From Mobula hypostoma (Eukaryota), in the NCBI RefSeq assembly GCF_963921235.1, contig NC_086097.1:82090001-82154000 (forward strand): 64,000 nt of DNA, in the 5' to 3' direction. The notes beneath the pieces are model-generated. The model was not told the origin of the DNA and searched no databases. It worked only from the letters and a program-made list of their open reading frames with translations. Of this stretch, positions 50,958 to 62,328 are shown piece by piece (the stretch's first letter is position 1; each line of letters begins with the position of its first letter). The position numbers and the translations under genes were made by a program.

Positions 50958-53900
50958 TAGACCATAAGACCGTAAGACAAAGGAGCAGAAGTCAGCCATT
51001 CGGCCCATCGAATCTGCTGCACCATTTGATCATGAGCCGATCCATTCTCCCATTTAGTTCCACTCCCCCGTCTTCTCACCATAACCTTTGATGCCCTGGC
51101 TACTCAGGTACCTATCAATCACTGTCTTAAATACACCCAATGACTTGGCCTCCACGGCTGCCCATGGCAACAAATTCCATAGAGTCACCACCCTCTGACT
51201 AAAAAAATTTCTTCGCATTTCTGTACTGAATGGGCGCCCTTCAATCCTTAAGTCATGCCCTCTCGTACTAAACTCCCCCATCATGGGAAACAACTTTGCC
51301 ACATCCACTCTGTCCATGCCTTTCAACATTCAAAATGTTTCTATGAGGTCTCCCCTCATTCTTCTAAACTCCAAGGAATACAGTCCAAGAGTGGACAAAC
51401 GTTCCTCATATGTTAACCCTCTCATTCCTAGAATCATTCTAGTGAATCTTCTCTGTACCCTCTCCAACGGCAGCACATCCTTTCTTAAATAAGGAGACCA
51501 AAACTGCCCACAGTATTCCAAGTGAGGTCTCACCAGCACCTTATAGAGCCTCAACATCACATCCCTGCTCCTATACTCTATTCCTCTAGAAATGAATGCC
51601 AACATTGCAATCACCTTCTTCAACACCGACTCAACCTGGAGGTTAACCTTAAGGGTATCCTGTACGAGGACTCCCAAGTCCCGTTGCACCTCAGAACTTT
51701 GAATTCTTTCTCCGTTTAAATAATAGTCTGCCCGTTTATTTCTTCTGCCAAAGTGCATAACCATACACTTTCCAACATTGTATTTCATTTGCCACTTCTT
51801 TGCCCATTCTTCCAATGCATCCAAGTCTCTCTGCAGACTCCCCATTTCCTCAGCACTACCGGCCCCTCCACCTATCTTCATATCGTCAGCAAACTTAGCC
51901 ACAAAGCCACCTATTCCATAATCCAAATCGTTGATGTACAATGTAAAAAGAATCGGCCCCAACACGGACCCCTGTGTAACACCACTGGTAACCGGCAGCC
52001 AACCAGAATAAGACACTTATTCCCACTCTCTGTTTCCTGCCTATCAGCCAATGCTCTCTCCACGTATGTAACTTTCCCGTAATTCCATGGGCTCTTATCT
52101 TGTTAAGTAGCCTCATGTGTGGCACCTTCTCAAAGGCCTTCTGAAAATCCAAATATACAACATCCACCTCATCTCCCTTGTCTAGCCTACTGGTAATTTC
52201 CTCAAAAAATTGTAATAGGTTTGTCAGGAAGGATTTTCCTTTAAGGAATCCATGCTGAGTTCTGCCTATCTTGTCATATGCCTCCAGGTACTCTGTAACC
52301 TCATTCTTGACAATCGACTCCAACAACTTCCCAACCACTGATGTCAAGCTAACAGGTCTATAATTTCCTTTTTGCTTCCTTGCCCCCCTTCTTAAATAGC
52401 AGAGTGACTTTTGCAATCTTCCAGTCCTCCGGAACCATGCCAGAATCTATCGACTTTTGAAAGATCATCGCTAATGCCTCCGCAATCTCCACAGCTACTT
52501 CCTTCAGAACGCGCGAGCGCATTCCATCTGATCCAGGAGATTTATCTACCTTTAGACTATTCAGCTTCCGGAGTACTTCCTCTGTCGTAATTGTGACTGC
52601 GCACACTTCTCTTCTCTACCACCCTTGAGTGCTCGGTATACTGCTGATGTCTTCCTCAGTGAAGATTGATGCAAAATACTCATTCAGTTACTCTGCCATC
52701 TCCTTATCTCCCATTACAATTTCTCCAGCATCATTTTCTATCGGTCCTATATCTACTCTCACCTGTCTTTTACTCTTTATATACTTGAAAAAGCTTTTAA
52801 TATCCTCTTTGATATTATTTGCTAGCTCCCTTTCAGAGTTTATCTTTTCCCTCTTAATGACCTTCTTAGTTTCCTTTTGTAAACTTTCAAAAACTTCCCA
52901 ATCCTCTGTCTTCCCATTAATTTTTGCTTCCTTGTATGCCCTCTCCTTTGCTTTAACTTTGGCTTTGACTTCTCTTGTCAACCACGGTTACATCCTTTTT
53001 CCATTGGAAAATTTCTTCTTTTTTGGAATATACCTGTTTTGCACCTTCCTCACTTCTCGCATAAACTCCAGCCACTGTTGCCCTGCCGTCTTTCCCACCA
53101 GTGTTCCTTTCCAGTCAACTTTGGCCAGTTCCTCTCTCATGCCACTGTAATCTCCTTTACTCCACTGAAATACCGACACATCAGATTTCGGCTTCTCTTT
53201 TTCAAATTTCAGTGAACTCAATCATGTTATGATCACTGCCTCCTGAGGGTTCCTTCACCTCAATCTCTCTAATCACCTCCGGTTCATTACACAATACCCA
53301 ATCCAGTACAGCCGATCCCCTAGTGGGCTCAACAACAAGCTGTTCTAAAAAGCCATCTCGCAGACATTGTACAAATTCTCTCGAGATCCAGTGCCGACCC
53401 GATTTTCCCAAAACACTCGCATGTTAAAATCCCCCACAATTATCATAACACTGCCCTTCTGACAAGCCTTTTCTATTTCCTGTTGCAATTTGTAGTCTAT
53501 ATCACTGCAGCTGTTTGAAGGCCTATAAATAACTGCCATCAGGGTCCTTTTACCCCTGCGATTTCTTAGCTCAACCCATAAAGATTCGGCACCTTCCGAT
53601 CCTATATCACCTCTTTCTAATGATTTAGTATCATTTCTTACCAATAAAGCCAAGCCTCACTCTCTGCCTACCTTCCTATCCTTCCGATACACCGTGTGTC
53701 CTTGGACGTTCAGCTCTCAGAGACATGCATCCTTTAGCCACGTCTCAGTGACAGCCACAATATCATACCTGCCAATCTGTAGCTGTACGACAAGATCATC
53801 CACCTTATTCCTTATGCTGTGTGCATTTAAGTATAACACCTGAAGACCAGTATTTAGTACTTTTTGCTTTGATTTCACTGCAACTTTATTGCACTGCAAC

Positions 53901-53968
53901 TCATCCCAATGGCTACAAATTTGCCCCATCACCTGCCTGTCTTTCCTGACATCTTTACTGCTTACTCT
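50958..53968 (-). mobile_element. Relatively young CR1 with near-complete ORF2 (EN and RT, few frameshifts)
   Basis: [66 protein letters not shown] tail. Confidence 0.95.
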
Positions 53969-54319
53969 TGTTGTCAGTATTAGTCTTTGGTCTGTCTTGT
54001 TTTCTGTGATATCACTCCAGAGAAACATTGTATCATTTCTTAATGCATGTATGCATTTCTAAATGACAATAAAAGAGGACTGAGTGTTTTCATAATCTAA
54101 AAAAAAAATTGCATAATTTTTGTCATTTGAACAATGGTTGAATGCCCAAGTTGGTGCGGTCTTTCATTGATTCTGTTATGACTATTATTCTATTATGGAT
54201 TAATTGAGTATGCCCACAAGAAATTGAATCTCAGATTTGGTAATATATGGTGACATAGTTGTACTTTGAACTTTATGACTTTTTGAAAATACTATTAATA
54301 AAAAATTACATAATGTAAG

Positions 54320-55880
54320 AAACAGGAGCGGCACCTGGCCTGTTGAGGCTGCACCACATAAATATATGGCTTTCTTTATATTTATTGTTTCATGCAGTTT
54401 ATACATTCATAGTACTGTTCAATAAGATCATGGCTGATCTGGCTGAGATCAGATCCACCTACTTGATTTTTCCTCCCACAGTCCTCAATACCCCTGCTAT
54501 GCAGAAAAACTATCTCATTTCAATATATTTAATGAGGATCCTCTACTGCTTCCCTGGGCAGATAATTCAACACATTCACTACTCTCTAGGGAAAGCTGTT
54601 TCTTTTCATCTCCGTCCTGATACCTTTTCCTCCAAATCTTCAAGCTATGTGTCCTAGTTCTAGTCCTTGTTGAAACAACTTTCTTGCCTCTATATGATCT
54701 ATCCCTTTCATAGTTATTTGTTCCTTTTTAGATCCTCTCATGCTCTTGAATTCCAATGATTATAGTTGAAGACCCTCCCCATAAGCTAACCCCCTCATAT
54801 CCAGAATCAACTTGCTGACCCTCCTTTGCACAACCTCCAAAGCCAGTATATTTTTCTTCAAGTAAGGAGACATTAACTGCTTGCAATAATTGAGGTGTGG
54901 CCTCACGAGTACCTTGTACAGTTGTAGCATTACCTCCATGCTCTTAACTTCAATCCCTCTTGCAATGAAGGTCAACATTCCATTTGCCTCTTAGATAACC
55001 TTTTGCACCTGCAGTCCAACCTTTTGTGATCCATGCACAGGTACCTCAGCACAACAGCATGCTTCAATCTTTCACTATTTAAATAATCTGATCTATTTTT
55101 CCTTCGAAAGTGAACAACCTTGCATTTATCAACATTGTACTTCAACTGCCAAATCCCGGCCCATTCACTTAATCTATCTCTCTGCAGACTCCCCATTTCC
55201 TTTACACAATTTGCTTTTTCACTCAATTTAGTGCCATCAGGAAACTTAGATATGCTATATTTCATTCTCTCTTCCAAATCGCTAATGTACATTGAGAAGT
55301 TGCAAGCCCAACACTGACCCCTGCAGCACTCCACTCACCACTGACTGCCAACTGTCCTCTCAGCCTTCTATTGAGTAATCAATGCTCTATCCATGCGAAT
55401 ACATCACCCCCACTTCATACATCCACATTAGTCTTTTACGTGGTACCTTATGAAATGTCTTCTGGAGATCCAAGTATGCAAAAATCGACCTGTTCCCCTT
55501 TATCCACTGCACTCCTTATATCCTTATAGGAATCCAGTACATTTGTCAACAGGACCTGCTCTTCGTGAACCCATACAGTGTTTGCCAATTGGAACCACTT
55601 CTATCCGGATGCCTCACTGTGTCTTCCTTAACTATAGCTTCAACCATTTCCCGACTACAGATGTTAAACTTACTCGCTCACCTTTTGCCTGCATCCATTT
55701 TTTTTAAAAAGTAATATGACATTCACTGTCTTTCAATTTGCTAAGACCTGCCCAGAGCCCAGAGAATTTTGGTAAATTATAACAAATACATCTGCTATAG
55801 CTTCCTCTTTTCCTTTTAGTACCCTGGGATGCATCCCATCAGTACCAAAGGACTTCTCCATCTTTAACTAGCTTGCTCAT
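54320..55880 (-). mobile_element. Old CR1 RT and 3' region
   Basis: ISKFPDGTKL, LYKVLVRPHLNYC. Confidence 0.85.
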
Positions 55881-56186
55881 TGTTGTAGCGTGGATGAAAT
55901 CATCGGAGAGACAGAGTCACTGGTAGATACAAAGCAGCTTCTTTATTCGACACAAGGTACAGCAGGCATCTACGGACGGAGACGCTTTCAGTAGAAAGGT
56001 CTGCTAGCCCAATGTGGGCTCGATATTTATATGCTAAACGCAAAGGCAATCACTACTTAAAAAGTTATAGACAATGCTTCCTTTTGAAGCTACATACAAA
56101 ACATCACACCTAACTTCATCCTTTCCTTCCGACGCCAACATGTCTGGGTTGGTATCCACAGCCTTTAGGATTTATTTGGTATTTTA
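55881..56186 (-). mobile_element. Partial LTR of the same family as 26900-27326
   Basis: TGTTGTAGCGTG...CTTCTTTATTCGACA...TACAGCAGGCATC...GGGCTCGATATTT matches the reverse complement of about 27180-27325. Confidence 0.7.
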
Positions 56187-57250
56187 CGTGCAAACATATA
56201 CCCCCAGATCCCTCTGCTCCTCCACACTATCAAGTATCCTGCCATTTACTTTGTACTCTACCTTGGAGTTTGTCCTTCCAAAGTGTACCACCTCACACTT
56301 CTCCGGGTTGAACTCCATCTGCCACTTCTCAGCCCACTTCTGCATCCTATCAATGTCTCTCTGCAATCTTTGACAATCCTCTACACTATCTACAACCCAC
56401 CAACCTTTGTGTCGTCTGCAAGCTTGCCAACCCACCCTTCTACCCCCACATCCAGGTCGTTAATAAAAATCACGAAAAGTAGAGGTCCCAGAACAGATCC
56501 TTGTGGGACACGACTAGGCACAATCCTCCAATCTGAATGTACTCCCTCCACCACGACCCTCTGCCTTCTGCAGGCAAGCCAATTCTGAATCCACCTGGCC
56601 AAACTTCCCTGGATCCCATGCCTTCTGACTTTCTGAATAAGCCTACCGTGTGGAACCTTGTCAAATGCCTTACTAAAATCCATATAGATCACATCCACCG
56701 TACTACCCTCATCTATATGCCTGGTCACCTCCTCAAAGAACTCTATCAGGCTTGTTAGACACAATCTGCCCTTCACAAAGCCATGCTGACTGTCCCTGAT
56801 CAGACCATGATTCTCTAAATGCCCACAGATCCTATCTCTAAGAATCTTTTCCAACAGCTTTCCCACCACAGACGTAAGGCTCACTGGTCTATAATTACCT
56901 GGACTATCCCTACTACCTTTTTTGAACAAGGGTACAACACTCGCCTCCCTCCAATCCACCGGTACCATTCCTGTGGACAATGAGGACATAAAGATCCTAG
57001 CCAGAGGATCAGCAAACTCTTCCCTCGCCTCGTGGAGCAGCCTGGGGAATATTCCGTTAGGTCCCAGGGACTTGTCCGTCCTAATGTATTTTAACAGCTC
57101 CGACACCTCCTCTCCCTTAATATCAACATGCTCCGGAACATCAACCTCACTCATATCGTCCTCACCATCATCAAGTTCCCTCTCATTGGTGAATACCGAA
57201 GAGAAGTATTCATTGAGACCTCACTCACTTCCACAGCCTCCAGGCACATA
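56187..57250 (-). mobile_element. CR1 RT fragment (254-aa open stretch)
   Basis: [45 protein letters not shown]. Confidence 0.93.
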
Positions 57251-57499
57251 TAGAGAAACTAAATCAATGCTACCTGTTAGGGAGGGCCACATGCTCATCA
57301 TAGATCAGTACAGATTGCAGAATTTATTGAATTTTAACTTCAGAAATGAACTTTATTCATATCATTTATTAAAAACTATAATTACGTTCATTGTGTCATC
57401 CAGTTTATACATTCATACTACTGTCAAGTCCATACATTCGCTGTGTCATCCAGTAGTATTCTTTGTACACAACACCAATGTCACTCACGTGGCATTTGT

Positions 57500-58720
57500 A
57501 TAATACACCTTGAAGTGTTCAACTGGCTCTGATGATGTTCCATATGACAACCCCTGACCACCTCTCATCATCCAATGACTGCAGGACCTTAGATTGCTGC
57601 CTTTTCCCATAAAGCCTTTGTGTTGGCTGCCCAAGCTTCAGTGTGTCCAAGGTGCTCCTGCAGGCTGGAATGGGCCAGGTAACAGCATTCACTTATAAAT
57701 ATCTCATTGCACTAGAAGGACAATGTGTTTCACACAGGCTGAAGTACATCTTTCACTGAGTTGATGATCTTCCTAAAGCATATGATGTTTGTTCTGTTAC
57801 GCATCCCAGGACACAACCTGTCAATCAGAATGTGCTCTGCTATGCACCTGCTCAAGATGAATCTCAACATGGATCTTGTATCTTCATCCAGGTCTTCTTT
57901 ACAAATACACACTCCACAAAGAGGTGAGCAATTGGTCTCAGCTTCATCACAGCTGTCTGGTGGACAGCATTTGCATGAAGTGAGATGACAATTTTGCAGG
58001 AGGAACCTGACAGGTGTGGAGCTCCTCTCACTGCAAGCCAAGCAAGGTCTTGAAGCCTTTTAGCAAGTTCTAGCATCTAGGCATTGAAACAAATGTCTTT
58101 AGAGTCTGATTGGAAAATGATAACAAAGGGCCCATTCTGTTCTTTTCTTCCAGGGCCTATAGTTGTTAGGATGCTTTTCTCAAGGAGAAGGACAGGTGTG
58201 CAACAAATACCCATTAAATGGAGCACTATGCAGAAAAGAACAGGCCCATCCATTGCAACACAGAGAACAGGTTAAAATTCAGCATATAGGACACTTGGTG
58301 TTTGTACACATTGATTCAACACATAGCTTGATGCAGTTACACACAAACAGGTCATCGGGTCATTGGCACTGTTGGGTACACCTTATAGTCCACTCTGGAA
58401 GCATCTGCGTTGTGACAATGAGCTACACTTTGATCCCCAGATGAAATCCAAGATAACTTGGGTGATATCCATGGCAGAACAGGAAGGCATAGGGCAAACC
58501 TGCACCAAAGCACCCTTCCCCTTGCTGAACAGGTTCTTGCCTTCCATCTAGAGGAAGAATCCTGAAGGAATTCCACAGGGAACCTTCAGGCTGCCAGACT
58601 TGACCATGAAGGGAACGGAGGGCTGGTCAGGCCACTTGCCATAGAATGTGCCTTCACTCTTTCTGTAGCTGACTCTGGCCCTAGGTCTGTTCAAACTGGT
58701 TGAAAATGCTATCAATCCAC
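57500..58720 (-). mobile_element. Degraded Tx1/L1-clade LINE ORF2 C-terminus
   Basis: ELAKRLQDLAWLAVRGA, HLFVECVFVKKTW and KIINSVKDVL resemble the fish Tx1-type zinc-knuckle region. Confidence 0.7.
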
Positions 58721-59486
58721 GTATAGATCTGAGCAGAAGTCAGAAATGTTTTTATGTCCTGGGGGACTTAAAAACACCAGGGTAATAAAAACATGGAGTG
58801 TGAACATAAGTTTTCATAGGTATTGGAAAACACTATACAATTAGCTCATTTAAGTGAACTGTCAAGTCGAAATAAGTTGGCATATAATAAAAATATCCTT
58901 GAAGGATAATTTTTGGTATTTTACCAGTGATGAAGCCAAACTACTACCAAGCAAAAGATAAAATTATTTTAATGTGGAGATAAGTACAAAACACAAGTCA
59001 AGTGAATATTTCACAGCTTAAATTGCCGTTCAGTGATTTTTACATTAATATATTTGAGTATTGAGTACATCAGGGAAAGTGCAAAATAAAACTGATGTAC
59101 CTTTGAAAAACAATGGTCACCTACAAGAATTTTCTCCGGACCACAGCAAAATAAAATCCACAAATCTGTTGCAGGAGGATGTAATGAGCAACGTAATTAT
59201 TATTAAGCACATATATCTGCTTACATAACTACTTCCCACATTACTTTTATGGCATTATGATATTTGATTCAAGTAGTACTATATAACCTTATTTTAACAG
59301 CATCATAAAGTAACCAGGTATTTCTTTCTACATGTATCAGGAGTGTACACTCTCCACAAGCTTCTTCTAAAGTTGTACTGACTGTGCAAATGCGGTTAAC
59401 TCTGTTTCTGCTGTTAATCCAGTGCATAAACACGTGACTATTTTGGATAATTACAGGATTGATGAAGCTTTGATCCACGAACTTAC

Positions 59487-59551
59487 TGCAGCATAGGCCA
59501 ATTATTTCTGAAGGCATTGTAGGCCTCTTCGACATTCAATTCTACTGCTAT
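59487..59551 (-). CDS. FNTB: FNTB coding exon (equivalent to human exon 2), 65 nt, divergent
   Basis: ttcttttctttcccaacag|ATA...CA|gtaagt; translates IAVELNVEEAYNAFRNNWPML(Q); length, phase and residue pattern fit recalled human AKVEEKIQEVFSSYKFNHLVPR. Confidence 0.85.
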
Positions 59552-60774
59552 CTGTTGGGAAAGAAAAGAAATGGTCATCTCTGTGCATTGAAGAAAGTTT
59601 ATAGATTTTTAACAGTAAACAACTTTTTTTAAGCTGGATAACAACTTTCTCCTTCACAACCATTTTTGAATATTGGAAAGATAGAACATTTACTCAATAA
59701 TAGTTTAAACCCAACTAATTCTTGAATTGACTTAAATATTGCGCAAGTTAATCAAGAACATTTGGGCTATGGTGAGCATGAGAATACGTTTTCTCCAAAG
59801 TAGCACACTTTGTATCATGTACTAAAAACAATACAGTAAAAATCAGTTTTTAATAACATGATTTGTTTCATAAATGTTTCTACATTTGATTAAAAAAAAT
59901 TGAAGAATTCAACATGATGCAACATCAGGGCAAGGCAAATGGTATGTCCTCAGAGAAAGTTAAACAAATATTCAAATGAAATATTGCAACATATGCTATA
60001 TGGCAATGATATAAATATGAAATACTAATCTCCATCACCAACATAAAACAATTGGGCTTGATGAACAGAATCTGGTTAATTGCTCAGTCACACCAGGGAC
60101 ACTAATCTGATTTGGATCTGGGACCAGCTGAGCTGACTGCCCAGAGAAGAAAGACCTCCCACTGGCAAGCAGGAATTCTGCCTTTGGCGCCAGATCCAGA
60201 GACTCCGGTGTGACCTTTTGTCTGTTTGCTGAAATAAAGGGCATTTCTAAATGTGATTTAAAAATAAATGTAAAAACACCTTAAAGCATGCAAATTAGAA
60301 ACATTAAGTAAATAAAGCATTGTTTCCACCAGCCCACTTTCTCACCCCAAGTCAATGACCACATTCAAATGAAGGGAATTGTGCGACTTATGCTGGAGTG
60401 TAAACTGCATTGGGTCCCTCACCTTAGCAAATTGGCATCTGACCATCAGTTTATCACTAACTTCAACATGCAGAACACAAGCTCCACAAAGACAAAACAG
60501 TTTACAGTATTCCACAGAACTTCTAAACTGAGGTAAGTACAATCCTGCTTACTGAAGATAGTGCAAGGGTTTAAGAGATAATTAACCATACTAACTTTTC
60601 CACATCTCAAGTCAAGACTTAGGAGTGAAATTTGAATGCCTATATTGGAATCTTGCCTTAAAGCATGCTTGACCACTACATATTAATTACAACACCTCAT
60701 AGATCATCAGTAATTGACAGAGTGATCAAGCTGCACAGACTAACTACATCAATTCGTTCATTTTGGTGCCTGTG

Positions 60775-61945
60775 GTTCAAGTACTTTGATACTTTATTGT
60801 CGCCAAACAATTGATACTAGAACATACAATCATCACAGCGATATTTGATTCTGCGCTTCCCATTCCCTGGATTACAAATATTAAAAATATTAAAAATAGT
60901 AAAAATTAGTAAATATTAAAAATTTTAAATATAAATCATAAATAGAAAATAGAAAAATGGAAAGTAAGGTAGTGCAAAAAAAAACCGAGAGGCAGGTCCG
61001 GATATTTGGAGGGTACAGCCCAGATCTGGGTCAGGATTCGTTCAGCAGTTTTATCACAGTTGGAAAGAAGCTGTTCCCAAATCTGGCCATACGAGTCTCC
61101 AAGCTCCTGAGCCTTCTCCTGGAGGGAAGATGGACGAAAAGTGTGTTGGCTGGGTAGGTCGTGTCCCTGATTATCCTGGCAGCACTGCTCCGACAGTGTG
61201 CGGTGTAAAGTGAGTCCACAGATGGAAGATTGGTTTGTGTGATGTGCTGCGCTGTGTTCACAATCTTCTGCAGCTTCTTTTGGTCTTGGACAGGACAACT
61301 TCCATACCAGGTTGTGATGCACCCAGAAGAATGCTTTCTACTGTGCATCTATAAAAATTAGTGAGGATTTTAGGAGACAGGCCAAATTTCTTTAGTTTTC
61401 TCAGGAAGTAAAGGAGCTGGTGGACCTTCTTGGCAGTGAACTCTGCTTGATTGGACCAAGCTGGGTCATTTGTGATATTGACCCCAAGGAACTTAAAACT
61501 TTTGACCTGTTCCACTTGCGCACCACCGATGTAAATTGGGTCATGCGGTCTGCTACTCCTTCTGAAGTCAACAACCAATTCCTTCGTCTTGCTGGCACTG
61601 AGGGATAGGTTACTGTCTTCGCACCATGCCACCAGATTCTTAATTTCCTCTCTGTACTCAAACTCATCATTACCCGAGATACGGCCTACAATTGTTCTGT
61701 CATCAGCAAACTTATATATTGAGTTTGATGGAAACTTGGCTACACAATCATGGGTGTACAGTGAGTACAGCAGGGGGCTGAGTACTCAGCCTTGTGGGGC
61801 ACAAGGAGTGATTGTAGAGGAGAGCTTGCCCCCTATTTTTACAGCCTGGGTCCTGCCTGTGAGGAAGTTGGAGATCCAGCTGCAGACCTGAGTGCTAAGG
61901 CCCAAGTTCCAGAGCTTAGGAACCAGTTTATTTGGAATGATGGAA
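60775..61945 (-). mobile_element. Rex1/Babar-like LINE, 5'-truncated
   Basis: YKFADDRTIVG, SKTKELVVDFRR, LYFLRKLKKF, FGNSFFPTVIKLLN; AT-rich 3' UTR. Confidence 0.9.
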
Positions 61946-61967
61946 TAGGTCATTAGTTTTCAAATCA

Positions 61968-62156
61968 CAAACAAAAGAAAATCTGCAGATACTGAAAATC
62001 TGAGCAAAACACACACAAAATGCTAGAGGAACTCAGCAGGCCAGGCAGCATCTATGGAAAAAAGTACAGTAGATGTTTTGGGCTGAAATGCCAACTGTAC
62101 TTTTTTCCATAGATACTGCCTAGCCCGAGTTCCTCCAGTATTTTGTGTGTGTTGCT
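61968..62156. repeat. Palindromic PLE-derived mini-element, centred inside hammerhead stem II
   Basis: Arms of about 75 bp (CACACAAAATGCTAGAGGAACTC...ATGGAAAAAAGTACAGT and ACTGTACTTTTTTCCAT...GAGTTCCTCCAGTATTTTGTGTG); imperfect TSD TTAGTTTT(CA)AATCA. Confidence 0.85.
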
Positions 62157-62328
62157 TTAGTTTTAATCAGACCCATTTCTAGTACATTATTGCAAAGCCT
62201 TTTTACAATCCATAGTTTCCTTCACTCTTTAATGCTGTTAATTACCCTCTCCATAAGTTACTACATTCCAAGAAATAAAGTCCCTATAATTCAGGCCCGA
62301 GTTCACACAGTATTTATTTAATAATTCA

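Noticed and set aside
6755..59551. U12-type introns, nested genes (GPX2, RAB15, MAX) or intronic snoRNAs
   Set aside because: All donors are ordinary U2-type GT sites; I recognised no exons of those neighbours and no convincing C/D or H/ACA box pairs by eye.
60030..60640. Possible enhancer or ancient SINE upstream of exon 2
   Set aside because: Only a compositional impression; no recognisable motif without cross-species alignment.
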